A stretch of DNA of 63,687 bases from Chiloscyllium plagiosum. Taxonomy: Eukaryota. The translations under genes and the position numbers were made by a program. Where the stretch lies: the NCBI RefSeq assembly GCF_004010195.1, contig NC_057711.1, forward strand, positions 72,567,175 through 72,630,861. Direction: 5' to 3'. Positions 23,630 through 36,890 of the stretch are shown here, in pieces (positions within the stretch are counted from its first letter, which is position 1; each line of letters begins with the position of its first letter). Below the pieces are notes generated by a model. That model saw only the letters and a list, made by a program, of their open reading frames with translations. It did not search any database and was not told where the DNA came from.

Positions 23630-25489
23630 CCCAGCAAAGTACATCCACAATATTGTTCACCAGAATCTATCTATCACCCTGTTAACGTGTTGATTGAACT
23701 GCACAAATAATATGGGCTTTATATGTCTTCTGTTTCTCTAAGTATAAATATTGCATTGAACACAAACATGATGTTAATGCAACAAAGGGTTGCATCATAT
23801 ATTTCCCCTAACACTTTGTGGAGGCCAAACAGAAAATGAAAAGCAAACTTAATTTTGACTGCTATAGTGTTATTTTCAATCATCTCTGGGAACTGCACTG
23901 TCCACTTGCATTCAGCTGCAGTGGAAAGAGACAACTGAAAGATTTGCTCTGGATGACTTTGACAGGTGTCCTCCGGGTGACTTTGGCTGTGAGGAACTAA
24001 TAATGGAAGATGTCTCTTGTGAAATCACAGGATTACCTTCCATCATTGCAGCACGAGATAATAACTGTGGCAATGACAAGTGGTAGAGAGAAAGCTGCTC
24101 CCATCAGAAATGCCTCAAGGGGAGCTGTACGCTGGTAACTGATGCTCAACCTTACAATGAGGTCTGTTTAAGTCTCCCTGCTTTACAGAGAGGGATAAGG
24201 AATGGACTGTGTGTTCAGACTCCTGTTCCCCTTTTCACCTTTATTCTGCACACTGAGCACAAAGCCAAGGGAATGGAGTACAAGCCAGAGCACATCCCCA
24301 TGAGTGCTTCTGCAATTGGCTGCCCCTCTAAGACAGTCACCAGCCTATCCAGGCAGATGCAGAGTGCCCCAGAGACAGGCTGACCATAATCTGGTTGGAC
24401 ACCTCCAAGGTCTTGTCAGAGCATATGTCCCTTCTGGGACTTCTGCTGTATCTCCAGGGACATCTTGCTGGACATCCAGCATCTATTGCCCTACTGACAA
24501 CCCCAGATCCTCATTATCAGACTGGGACTCAGCCTCGGGATTGTCCAGCAACCCTCCCACTGCCAGAATCTTATGCCACCTCTATCTCCAGCAGCTGCAC
24601 AAGGAAATTGTGAAGTGCTCTCACTAGCCTGTGTGCCGCATTGCACTGAGTCGTGAAACGTGACCAAGGTTTCCTTGTAGGTGCTAGTGTTGTGAAAGGA
24701 TGTGACACTGTATTCTTTGAGGTTTCCTCTTTTGCCTCAGAGATTAGCTATGGTCCTGTCTTGGGACTGGCTGCTGGGGCATTTAGCAGTCTACCTCTGT
24801 AGAGAATTGAGGCCATATGCTAAGCTTAAGGTGATTGTGAGTACATTACATTCTGGAATAGCAACATTTGAAATCACAATCAGATCTCTCTCTAAGAGTT
24901 TACAGTCCCCAAGTTGCATTATGTGTACGCTCTTACATCCACAATACATGAGAGCTATTTATATCAGAAATGAAATAAGGGTGGTCCACATGACCACAAC
25001 AGTAATCATATCTCCTTCCCTATAGCTGTTTAGCAGATGGCTCTGTCAGCAGTACCTTATGTGCAAACTAACCACTCCATCATTATCCTCTAGTTTCCCC
25101 TGAGTTAGTGGTGTGACTCAAACTGCAGCGAGCTTAAGCAGTTCCTATTCTATAGATGGGAAGAAAGCCAGCTCAGCTATTCTGCCTCCTGTCTACCATT
25201 CTTCTCATGCATTGTGGACTCTCTTATCCTGTTATAAAGTGGTCAAGTCTGATCAGGTAGAATTTCAGAGACACTCATTCTGCTACAGTGACATGAGAAC
25301 TCAACATTGTGGCAGATATTGGACAGTGCACATTCCAACCCACATCCTCCACCAAAAGTACACCTGCATCTAACTCTGGTTCATATCCATTGCTTAGTGA
25401 GGATTTTCTCTCCTTGCACTGTTAGAAGCCAAACAAGGCAATGCCCAGATGGTGTTTTTGGCATTTCATTCCATCTGCGCCCAGCTTCA

Positions 25490-25860
25490 CTTGTGTTATT
25501 TCTGAAGGTCATTGTCACTTCTGGCACTGGATCCATGTATGAAGGAAGATCAAAGGCTACTCAACTCCTTTATTACTTCTATCCAGGCTGCTGTCATGAG
25601 ACTGAGTTAAAAATCACACAACACCAGGTTATAGTCCAACAGGTTTAATTGGAAGCACACTAGCTTCCAATTAAACCTGTTGGACTATAACCTGGTGTTG
25701 TGTGATTTTTAATTTTGTACACCCCAGTCCAACACCGGCATCTCCAAGTCATGAGGCTGGGTGGTCTCCTTTCACTTTTAGCAGATATGAGAATTTTCTG
25801 CCTAGAGGAGAGCTTACAGGGAATTGTCATTGAAGCTTGGGGTCATTTTTGTCTTATTTC
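25490..25860 (-). pseudogene. Fossil Harbinger Myb/SANT-like ORF2, convergent with the transposase
   Basis: After removing the 25607-25748 insert, the minus strand reads RQKILISAKSERRPPSLMTAAWIEVIKELSS...TWIQCQK../NDL, a Myb/SANT (trihelix) W...QC.K..DL pattern. Confidence 0.75.
25607..25748. mobile_element. Fold-back PLE (family 2) mini-insertion
   Basis: Perfect 50-bp arms 25607-25656 and 25663-25712, 6-nt loop, ~36-nt tail, decayed TSD tcatgagactgagt/tcatgaggctgggt. Confidence 0.9.
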
Positions 25861-27281
25861 CCACCCTCTAGCCATGCTGCCTGCTCTCAGCCATCTATGG
25901 AGGCATAAATACAGATCTTATGCAACTGCGATATTTTCATTATTTCCATCATTGTTTTAGCTCTAAAGGATCTGTCTTGCCTGACAAAAGTTCTAAATCA
26001 TTTTTATTAGCTTACGGTTACAAACTTAATTTAGTATTTACCTCCAGTAATGTGCCCCAAAATCCTGCAATGTTCATATTCCTACTTGTTGATCTCCTCA
26101 ACTTGTGAATGCTGGGTAATACATCTGACACAGACTAGGGCAAACCACCCTTTAAATATCTGATCATTGCAGTTAGTTCAGAACAACCAGTTCTGTGCTT
26201 GGATGCCCACACTTTCAATGCTATTGGGCAAGCAGTCCACTCTACCACACTGGTATGGGCTGAGAAGCCACATAATGCCTGTTATTTGGTTATTGACATT
26301 TTATGGCATGGGCAGGATCAGCAGAGATAGGAGTCAGCAAAGCATTCATTTCTAAGTCAGTCTTCCACCTACTGCCATGGCCCTTTATATCCAGCCCACT
26401 CCTCATAATTATTCTCATGAAATTCTGTCAGTCATAATGGAGGAGATGATTAGAAGCAGAAATATCCTATTCACTGGGAGCCACAATAACACCTACTCAG
26501 AAGCTGATAGGAGCAGACAGCTATGAAGTTTAATGACAGGAATTTAACCTGAGAATCTGAATGCAATGCTACAGAAGTTCAATGACTTTACACAAGTGCT
26601 CAGGGTCTGTGAAAATCTTTTCAAATGCTATATTCTACCAAACGCATCACTAGTCTCAGCCGCTGCTTAAATTACCACACCTTCATCACACTTATCAACT
26701 CGTGGTTTAAAATCACATGGTTAATATACCAAGGCTTTAGCTCACTCTCACACATATAGCACAGTCGCAAACCTCCCACTCATATCTCACAGCTTTCACA
26801 CATTGCCAGCCATTCTCTCATGACAAGAACATTTTACATATTACACACCACTCACAAACACAAATAGCTCTCTTTCATTGGACAAGGTGATGGACGGTCA
26901 AAGGCAGCAGATGCTTCTAAATACTCTAATTGTACTGATCATTGTGAATACGCCCATTGTGGAGACAATGATCAGTGGTGGGACTGGAATCAATGAAGAT
27001 AACAGATATTCCAAGTGCTAGCAAATATTCTAGATTTATTTAGGATCTCTGGTCGGCATGGACGAGTTGGACCGAGGGGTCTGTTTCCATGCTGTACATC
27101 TCTATGACTCGACAGCTCCATTCATATCCCACTTCATTCTCATTCCATAATCTTCTACTTTACATGTGGCAGATGGTGTAAAGCATTCATTTATTAATTA
27201 TACCCCTCCTGTCACGATTTTTTTTTGTATCCATTTCTTTTTAAATAATTAAGGAGTGAAACCTGGCCATCAGAGAAGAAA

Positions 27282-27550
27282 CATAGAGTCATAGAGTTAG
27301 ATAGCATGGTTAGACAGCTAGTTCGCGGGAACCATGTTCTCAAACTAAAATAGTCCCACTTGCCTGCATTTGGCCCACATCCCTCCAAACCTTTCCTATT
27401 CATGTACTTATCTAAAAGCGTTTTAAATATTGTAACTGCATCGACCCCTTCCTCTGGCAAGGGACCAGAACAGCACACAGTATTCCAGAAGAGGCCTCAC
27501 CAGTGTCATGTACAACCTCAACATGATGTCCTGACTCTTATACTCAAAGG
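27282..27550 (-). mobile_element. CR1 3' fragment (internally deleted); separate + CR1 tail at ~27040-27110
   Basis: catagagtcatagag tail; ORFs with LYMTLVRPLLEYCVLFWS and KYMNRKGLEGCGPNAGKWD. Confidence 0.85.
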
Positions 27551-27977
27551 TTAGTTGCCTAATAACATCCATCAGCTCAGATTGTGACATTGTGCGTAAC
27601 TTAGAAAATAGATTGGAGTAGGATCTCCCAAATGGTGAAGTATTGGGCACAAAAAAAATGTGTCCACAGGAGGGAGTAAAGGATGAACAGTATTCGCTTG
27701 CCAGAGGGTAAGTCTGTTCAAGAGTTCTGCAGAGGATTCAGAACTCTTGAATGGGGCTGGGGCTCACTACAGAAGGCTGGTGGATACAGGCAATAAATTC
27801 TTTGGTTTATAGGGGAGTCTGGGTATAATGTCAAGGAGAATAGAGAGTGTCTTAGCAGAAAGTTTTGTGCAGGATCTGCCGTTTCCAACATGGAAAAGAT
27901 GGCTGACTCCATTAGCACATCCTTTGATCCAATAGCTGATGTCCAATGCATCAACCTCCACATTTGTGCACAAACAT

Positions 27978-30445
27978 ATCATAGAATCTGACATGGTGCA
28001 GAACCCATTTCACCCTTTAGCTCATTTAGCCCATTGAGTCGGCACTAGATCATTAAACAAGAATCAATTTCTAGTGTTACTCTCCTGTTTTTCCAGCTAT
28101 CCTTGCACATTATTATATTGCAAATAATAATTGAATGCCCTCTTAAATGTCTAACTGAATCTGCCTCTAGGCAGCACATTTCATGCACTAACTACTGACT
28201 GAGTGAAAAGTTGTTCCTCATTTCATCTTTGCTTCTTTTGCAGATCACTTTAAATCTATGCCCTCTTTTTCTTGCTCCTTTTATGAGGAGGAACAGTTTC
28301 TTCTTATCTACTCTCTCCAGACCATTCATGATTTTGAAAACCTCTAAAAGATCTCTTTTTGATCTTTTTATCTCAAAGAAGAAGAGTCTCAACCTCTTCA
28401 TTCTATCCCCATAGCTGAAATTCCTCATCCCTGGAAACATTCATATAAATTGCTTCACCATTTTCTCCAATGCAATCCTTCCTTTACTATAGTGCACAGA
28501 ACTATACACAACTTACAACTTTTCTTTAACAGGCCACAATATGTACACACACATATCAACCTAATCCCAGAGTCGAGGAAAGACTGAAAAATTAAAGCTA
28601 ATCCCAGAGTCGAGGAAAGACTGAAAAATTAAAGCTACTATCCCTGCTCTGTCTAATCTGACTTCCTTCAAAATTCTTGACTGCATCTCATCTTGACTGC
28701 AACTTTAAGTACCTTGCCAACTTTAAGTATCCAACACTTGTTCCTTATCACTTTGAACCCATCTAGTGACTGGGTTCCCTGCTCTGTCACTGTGGCCTTG
28801 GTAGCATCTCTCCCTTTGGTAAAGACAGATGCTAAATATTCATTTAATATCTCAGCCATGTCCTCTGCCTCCAGGTGTATATCATGTTTTTGCTCCTTAA
28901 TTGCATTACTCCACTCTTTGCCAATTGATTTTTCTCTCTGTGCTTTTTTGCTGGTCATTCTTCATCATGATCCTGAACCTTATGATACAATGATCATTGT
29001 CTCCTAAGTGTTTTCCAACTAACACTTGATCCATCTGGCCCAAGAACCAAGACCAGCAGTGCATCCTTTCTTATCAGACTGAAAATATGGTCCTGCCAGA
29101 AATTCCCCCAAATGCAATCCGGAAACACCAACCCCTCACTGCCATATACATTACAATTATCCCCCTCTATGCTTGGGTAATTGAGGATTCCCATTATAAC
29201 TCCTCTATAATCTCACTGTAATTTCCCCGCAGAATTGTTCTTCTACATCCTTTCTGCTAGTTGAACGTCTATAGACTACACCTATAGAGGATGTACAGTC
29301 ATTGTATCCTTCTTGTTCCTTAGTTACAACCAAATTGATTTGACTGTGACATCCTCTTTCTGCAGCACTGTGATGCCCTCCTTAATTATTACAGCTACCC
29401 ATCATTCGCCTCTTCCTTTTGCATCTTTTCTGAGTATTGGTATCCAGGAATATTTAACACCCCATCTTGGTGTTCCTTGAACCGGCTCTCTGTTCTTCCC
29501 ACTCCATCAAAATCTGAGGCTATAACTCTCACTCTTATGTACTATGTTCTGTGCATTTACTTAAATGCATTGTAACCCTGACTTAGATTTCATATTTCTT
29601 CCTTACTCTGATTTCACCTACTAACTTTCAATTGTCTATACAAGTGCCAGTTGCATCGTTAAGTATTTTGTGAACCCTGATATTTACTACTCTCTTTAAC
29701 TTCCAATACCCCAACCAAGTGATTCAATGCCTTTCCAATACCACAAGCAAAACTGTCTGCAAGGAACCCAGTCCCAGTTCTGTTTGGGTATAATTCATCC
29801 AGGTTGTATAGGTGCCACCTCAGAGTCAGCTCCAGTGTCTCATAAATCCAAGCCCTCCCATCTGCACCAACTTTCCAGTCATACATCCATCTGCCATATC
29901 CTCCTGTTTCAGTTCTGACTTGCATATCTCATTGGGAGTAATCGAGAGATTACTATATTTGCGGTTCTTTTTGCTAACTTTCTACCTAGCTTCCTAAATT
30001 GTGATTTCAGGATCAAACCTGCTTCCTACCTAAACCACTGTTACCAACTTGGACCACAACCTTTGGCTGTTCACCCTTACCAAAAACAATATCCTGCAGC
30101 CACTTTGCAACATCCTGGACCAGGGAGGCAACATACCACCCCTGGAGTCATATCTGCAGCCAGAGCAATGCCTGACTGCTCCCCTAACTATTGAATCCCG
30201 TTCCCCTATTTCTCTTCCTTACTTCTTCCTTTTGTCCTCCTGCCCAGTGGAGCTGCTTTCGATCACTGCACTCCACTGGGGAATCAGAACCCTCATCCGT
30301 TTCCAAAATGGAAGACCAATGCACTACCTGCCTGTTTCAACTGGACTGCCAGATGGTCACCTATTCCCTTCCTTCCTCCAGGTTCTTATGCTGCAGTGTG
30401 TGACAACGTCTCTGAACATGCTATTCATGTAACTCTTAGTCTCAC
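27978..30445 (-). mobile_element. Old, internally deleted CR1 LINE (ORF1 and ORF2 remnants)
   Basis: ORFs RGHRFKV (28192..28440), MAEILNEYLASVFT (28668..28958), NYPSI..LVLG (28994..29194) and esterase-like LYPNRTGTGFLA (29659..29925). Confidence 0.85.
28561..28637. repeat. Perfect 37-bp tandem duplication
   Basis: ctaatcccagagtcgaggaaagactgaaaaattaaag twice, plus cta. Confidence 0.95.
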
Positions 30446-31076
30446 ACACCTTTCTTTTTTTAAGTCTGAGTGCTGCAGTGGAAGCATAGGCTGAAGACAT
30501 GCAAGCTCACACCACTGCCATGAAAGCTCAAATTGATGCCTTAAGTTAATGCTATGAATACCAGTGTTCAAATAAACTTTTCAGGGTGCCATAGCAATCC
30601 AGAGAAGTAGTAATGGATCTGTGAAGCATGATTTTAATGTTCTCCTACAGTATTGATCCTCCCACCCCTGCCAATCAGCAATGATCTTGCTGTTGCCTAT
30701 CAACCAGACGACTGCAAGATCTTACAGCTTGAAAGCTGATCTTCTAGACCCAGAACATCTTGCATTTGTTCTAAAGACCATCTGCAAGCTTGCTCACTAA
30801 GAGCCAAAGACCTTCCACTCATCATGTTGTGGTCACTGTGGTGGCATGCACAGCGACACTAGGAAAAGACATCTGGAAGACAGGTACCTAAGGGAAGGGA
30901 CCCAACTGATTAGTACATATTTGCACAAAACATGGAATAATTCCATTTTTTAAGTTTGGCTTTGAATACTTATTTTATAGCTTTTACTTTTACACTGTGG
31001 CCAAGTGGAATCTTGAGTATAACCAAATGGGCCACAGCTGACAGTCGAGTGGATTTTGGGCTTTCTACAGAACCAT

Positions 31077-31393
31077 GATTAGATTAGATTCCCAACAGTG
31101 TGGAAACAGGCCCTTCAGCCCAACCAGTCCACACCAACCCTCTGAAGAGTAACCCACCCAGACCCATTTCCTTCTGACTGATGCACCTAACAGTATTGGC
31201 AATTTAGCATGGCCAACTCACCTGACCTGCACATTTTTGGACTGTGGGAGGAAATCAGAGCACCCGGAGGAAACCCACACAGACATGGGGAGAACATGCA
31301 AACTCCACACAAACAGTCACCCGATGCTGGAATCGAACCTGGGATCCTGGTGCTGTGAGGTTGCAGTGCTAACCACTGAGCCACCGTGCCGCC
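31077..31393 (-). mobile_element. HE1-type SINE, full length
   Basis: Reverse complement of the 21307 element with B box ggttcgattcc retained and (gatta)n tail. Confidence 0.93.
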
Positions 31394-31589
31394 TATACTT
31401 AAATGTTCAGCTTTGATTATTGAACCTTATTAATGGCTGTTAAAATGGTATTTTCACAGTGAAGAGAGTAACACATTTTTGCTTAATCTGATCCTCATTC
31501 AGCATCCACATGGCTGTGCCCAGCATGATAATGCTATGTAATAGGAATACTTACTCATTTTAACCTCACTAATGCAGTGATGTAAGGAT

Positions 31590-31707
31590 TTACAACATCC
31601 CCAGAACGAGGTAGGTCTGACAAATTAAACTGCATTTATTTCAATGCAAAAGGCCTAATAGGAAAGACAGATGAACTCAGGGCATGGTTAGGAGCGTAGG
31701 ACTGGGA
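31590..31707 (+). mobile_element. CR1 ORF2 start (APE) running into the assembly gap
   Basis: KLNCIYFNAKGLIGKTDELRAWL, homologous to ~9060 and to ORF 35248..35439. Confidence 0.85.
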
Positions 31708-32207
31708 NNNNNNNNNNNNNNNNNNNNNNNNNNNNNNNNNNNNNNNNNNNNNNNNNNNNNNNNNNNNNNNNNNNNNNNNNNNNNNNNNNNNNNNNNNNNN
31801 NNNNNNNNNNNNNNNNNNNNNNNNNNNNNNNNNNNNNNNNNNNNNNNNNNNNNNNNNNNNNNNNNNNNNNNNNNNNNNNNNNNNNNNNNNNNNNNNNNNN
31901 NNNNNNNNNNNNNNNNNNNNNNNNNNNNNNNNNNNNNNNNNNNNNNNNNNNNNNNNNNNNNNNNNNNNNNNNNNNNNNNNNNNNNNNNNNNNNNNNNNNN
32001 NNNNNNNNNNNNNNNNNNNNNNNNNNNNNNNNNNNNNNNNNNNNNNNNNNNNNNNNNNNNNNNNNNNNNNNNNNNNNNNNNNNNNNNNNNNNNNNNNNNN
32101 NNNNNNNNNNNNNNNNNNNNNNNNNNNNNNNNNNNNNNNNNNNNNNNNNNNNNNNNNNNNNNNNNNNNNNNNNNNNNNNNNNNNNNNNNNNNNNNNNNNN
32201 NNNNNNN
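31708..32207. other. Assembly gap (500 N)
   Basis: Run of n characters. Confidence 1.
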
Positions 32208-32336
32208 TCTGGAATTGAGAGTCAAATGATGAGCATCAATTCTTTGCCAATTGTTGGAAAAACCTATCTGGTTCAGTCATGCCCTTTAGGGAAGGAAAAT
32301 GCCATCCTTGCCTGGTCTAACCTACATGTGACCTCA

Positions 32337-32793
32337 GGCAAAAGTGAGGACTGCAGATGCTGGAAAACCAGAGTTTAGATCAGAGTGATGCTGAAAAAGC
32401 ACAGCAGGTCAGGCAGCATCCGAGGAGCAGGAAAATTGACGTTTCGGGCAAAAGCCCTTAATCAGGAATGGAGGCAGGGAGCCTCCAGGATGGAGAGATA
32501 AAATGGGGGTGGGTGGTGGGGCTGGGGAGAAGGTAGCAAAGTGTACAATAGGTGAATGGGGGTGGGGTTGGAGGTGATTGGTCAGAGAGGAGGGTGGGGG
32601 AAGGTAGCAAAGAGTACAATAGGTGGATGGGGGTGGGAATGAAGGTGATAGGTCAGGGGGGAGGGTGGAATGGATAAGTGGGAAGGGAGATTGGCAGGTA
32701 GGACAAGTCATGAGGATGGTGCTGAGCCAAAAGTTTGGAACTGGGGTAAGGTGGGGGGAGGCGAAATGAAGTAAGTAGTGAAGTCCACATTGA
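32337..32793 (-). mobile_element. PLE family 1 3' region (hammerhead core mutated to CTGATTA)
   Basis: Same terminus as 4718 and homologous to 51893-52235. Directly abuts the 3'-truncated CR1. Confidence 0.9.
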
Positions 32794-35700
32794 ATTTGTT
32801 ATTGAATCCTTCACCCTTGGAAAAAGCTTATCTCTATCCACCTTTTCTACACCCTTCATGATTTTGTAGACCTCAATCAGGTCCCCCCTCAATCTCCTTT
32901 TTTCTGATGAAAATAATCCTAACCTACTCAACCTCTCTTCATAGCTAGCACTTTCCATATCAGGCAACATCCTCATAAACCTTCTCTGCACCCTATCCAA
33001 AGTGTGCACGTCCCTTTGGTAATGTGGTGACCAGAACTGTACACAGTATTCTAAATGCAGCCGAACCAATGTCTTGTGCAATGTTAATATGACTTGCCAG
33101 CTCTTATACTCAATACCCCTTCCAACGAAGGCAGGCAAAACGTAGGCCTTCTTGTGCAGCTGTGCAGCAACCTTCAGGGTGCAATGGACCTGAACTCCAG
33201 ATGTCTCTGCTCATCAACCTTTCCCAAGGCTCTTCTGTTAACTGTATAACTCGTTCTAGAATTAGACTTCCCAAAATGCATTACCTCACATTTGCCTGGA
33301 TTGAAATCCATCTGCCACTTCTCCATCTAACTCTCCAGTCTATCTATATTCTCCTGTATTCTCTGACAGTCCCCTATGCTTTCTGCTACTTCACCAATCT
33401 TCGTGTCATCGGCAAACTTACTGATCATACTAACAGTGCCCTTTTCCAGATCATTTATGTATATCACAAACAACAGTGGCCTCAAAACTGACCCCTGTGG
33501 AACACCACTGGTCACCTTTCTCCATTTTGAGAAACTCTCTTCAACTACTACTCTCTGACTCCTGTTGCTCAACCAGTTCTTTATCCAACTAGTTTTTATC
33601 AACCTTGCACACCATGTGGCTTCACTTTCTCCTTTAATTTACCATGGGAAACCTTATCAAATGCCTTACTAAAGCCCATGTATATGATATCTACAGCCCT
33701 TCCTTCATCTATCAACTTGGTCACTTCCTCAAAGAACTCTATTAAGTTGGTAAGGCACGATCTTCCCTGCACAAAATCATGTTGCCTATCCCTGATAAGC
33801 CCATTCTTTTCCAAATAGATTTTATCCCTCAGTACCTTCTCCAGCAACTTTCTAACCACTGGCATCAGGCTCACTGGTCTGTAGTTAACTGGAATATCCC
33901 TACTACCCTTCTTGTACAGGGGGACAATATGAGCAACCCTCCAGTCCTCTGGCACCTCACCTGTGTTTAAGGATGCCACAAAGATATCTGTCAGGTCCCC
34001 TGCTATTTCCTCTCTCGCCTCCTTCAGCAAACTGGGATAGATCCCATCTGGTCCTGGGGATTTGTCCACCCTAATAACCTCCAGCCTACCCAAAACATCT
34101 TCCCTCCTTATGTCCAGACTAATCAAACTTCTACCTCTAATCTCAACATTCATCATGTCCCTCTCCACAGTGAACACTGATGCAAAGTAATCATTCAGAA
34201 TCTCACCCATTTTCTCAGATTCGACACACAGCCTTCCTTCATTATCTTTTAGTGGACCAACCTTTTCTCTAGTTACCCGCTTGCTTCTTATATAAGAATA
34301 AAAGGCTTTGGGATTCTCCTTAATTCTGCTTGCTAAAGCTATTTCATGACCCCTTTTAGCCCACTCGATTCCTCATTTAAGATTGGTCCTACTCTCCCGA
34401 TATTCCTTCAGGGCCCATTCTGTTCTTGGCTGCCTGGACCTTATGTATGCTTCCCTTTTCCTTTTGGCTAGTCGTATGATTTCTCCTGTCATCCACAGTT
34501 CACGAGTCTTGCCTTTCCTATCCTTTGCTTTCAATGGGACAGTCTATCCTGCACAATCTTTAATCTATCTTTGAAAGCCTACCACATATCAAATGTGGGC
34601 ATTCCTTCAAATAGCTGTGTCCAATTCACATTTCCCAGCTCCTGCCTAATTTTGATATGATTGGCCTTGGCCCAGTTTAGTATTCTTCCCTTTGGACCGC
34701 TCTCACCTTTGTCTACAAGTACTCTAAAACTTACAGAATTGTGGTCACTGTTCCCAAAGAGATCCCCTACCACAACTTCTACCATTTGTCCTGGCTCGTT
34801 CCCCAGTACCAGATCCAATATGGCCCCTTCCCTCGTCGGACTATTGACATACTGTTCTAGAAAACTCTCCTGGACACTTCTTACACATTCTGCCCCATCC
34901 AGACCTCTGACACTAAGTGTATCCCAGTCAATGTTGGGAAAATTAAAATCTCCCATCACCACCACCCCGTTGCCTCCACTTCTTTCCATAATCTGTTTAC
35001 CTATTTGTTCTTCTACCTCACACTCACTATTGGGAAGCCTGTAATACAGCCCCAACAATGTAACTACACCCTTCTTATTTCTCAGCTCCACCCATAACAC
35101 CTCAATACTCAAGCCCTCCATAGTGTCCTCCTTTAGCACAGTCATGATATCATCCTTGACCAGCAATGCAATTCCCCCCCCACCCCCAACCTTTTACATC
35201 TCTCCCTGTCCTGGAACATTCAGTTGCCAATCATGCCTTTCCTTCAATCAAGTCTCTGTGATTGCAATAATGTCATACTCCCAGACACCAATCCAAGCCC
35301 TAAGTTCATCTGCCTTACCCACTATACTCCTTGCATTAAAGTATATGCACTTCAGGTCGCCAGTTCTTTTGCATTCATCTGCTCTCTGCCTACTCTTCCC
35401 CTTATTAATGCTAACTTCGTGATTCTTACAGATTTCCACCTCACTGTCTACTTGTCTTCTCTTCTGGTTCCCAGGCCCCTACCACATTAGTTTAAAACCT
35501 CCTCAACAGCAGTAGCAAAAACTCCCCAAAGGACATTAGTTCCAGTCTGGTTCAGGAGTAGACTGTCCAATTTGTAATAATTTCACCTTCCCCAGAACCG
35601 GTCCCAATACCCAACAAATCTGAACCCCTCTCTCCTACACCATCTCTCAAGCCACGTGTTCATCCTGCCTATTCTTTCATTTCTATTCTGGCTAGCACGT

Positions 35701-36660
35701 GGCACTGGTAGTAATCCCAAAATCACTACCTTTGAGGTCCTCCTTTTTAACTTCTCTCCTAGCTCCCTGAATTCTGCTTTCAGGACCTCATCTCGTTTTT
35801 TTACTTATATTGTTGGTGCCTATATGCACCAAGACAACTGGCTGTTCACCCTCCCCTTTTAGAATGCTCTGCAGCAGATCAGTGACATCCCTGACCTGAG
35901 CAGCTGGGAGGCCACATACCATCCGGGAATCCCATTTTTGGCCATAGGCCCACCTACCTACTCCCCTCATAATAGAATCCCCCATGACAATGGCCCTCCG
36001 AGTCTTTTTCCCTCCCTTCTGAACAGCAGTGCCCATCATGGTACTATGATCTTGATAACTGCTGCCCTCCCCTGGTGAGCCATCTCCCCCAACAATAGAC
36101 CTGTTTTGGAGGAAGATGACCGCAGAGGACATTTGCACTGCCTTCCTACTCTTTATCTGCCTTTCGGTCACCCATTCACTGTCTCCTTCAGAATCCTAAC
36201 CTGTGGTGTGACCAGTTCACTAAACGTGCAATCCACGAACTCCTCAGCATCGCGGATGCTCCACAGTGACTCCATCCGCAGCTCCAGAGCTATCATGCAG
36301 TCAAACAAGAGCTGCCGTTGGACACACTTCTTGCAAGTGTAAGAGTCAGGGACGTTAGCCACATCCCTGAGCTCCCACATCAAGTAAAAGGTAAATGCCA
36401 CAGGTCTGAGGTCCCCTGTTATTGTAAGTCTTAGCTTTATATCAACTAAAACCAAAAAATAAACTTACATATATGAAGGAAAAGAAAGAGAAAATTTAAA
36501 AACCTTACTTTACAGAATCTTTTTCTTCTGGTTAGAAGAGGGTGTGCAGGAGGGAGATACTACAGGTGTAGTGTCTTGGGTTTAGCCGCTGCCCAAATAT
36601 ATACTAAGTCCTTACCTACCCAGCAACCTCCTGGTCTCCACGTCACCTCCGGACAGGAAC
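32794..36660 (-). mobile_element. Near full-length CR1 LINE, 3' end missing
   Basis: ORF1: YTCKKC (36168..36455) and AIVMGDSIMRG...VLVHIGTNN SGNH esterase (35788..36171). ORF2: CIYFNARS..IAITET, MGDFNFP..SDHNSV, NYRPVSL..KAFDKV, GVPQGSVL..KFADDTK. Confidence 0.97.
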
Positions 36661-36890
36661 AGTAGTTTTCATTTATAAGATCTGAAAAAAATACAACAGG
36701 TAGCATTATTTAAAGGGAAACTGAAATAAATTATAATCATGCAGACCTTGAGATAATGCCAGATTACTTTGAACAAATCACAGTCATCGTATTGATTGCA
36801 GTTTGTGGATGGTGGTTACGAAATGTGTTTTTCATCTTTTGTTCTCAATTATTGATATAGTTGTTTGATATGAACATGCATACATTCTAA

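Larger units (their letters stand above)
26390..30915 (+). mobile_element. Second Harbinger Myb/SANT ORF2 fossil, split by CR1 insertions (pieces ~26390-27000, ~27550-27975, ~30460-30915)
   Basis: 26400-26605 reads YSHEILSVIMEEMIRSRNILF...QC../KFNDFTQVLR. 30463 gtctgagtgctgcagtggaag and 30875-30912 match the reverse complement of 48491-48511 and ~48087-48125. Confidence 0.6.

Noticed and set aside
31677..32229. 181-182-aa ORFs on both strands
   Set aside because: Artefacts of translating the 500-N gap.
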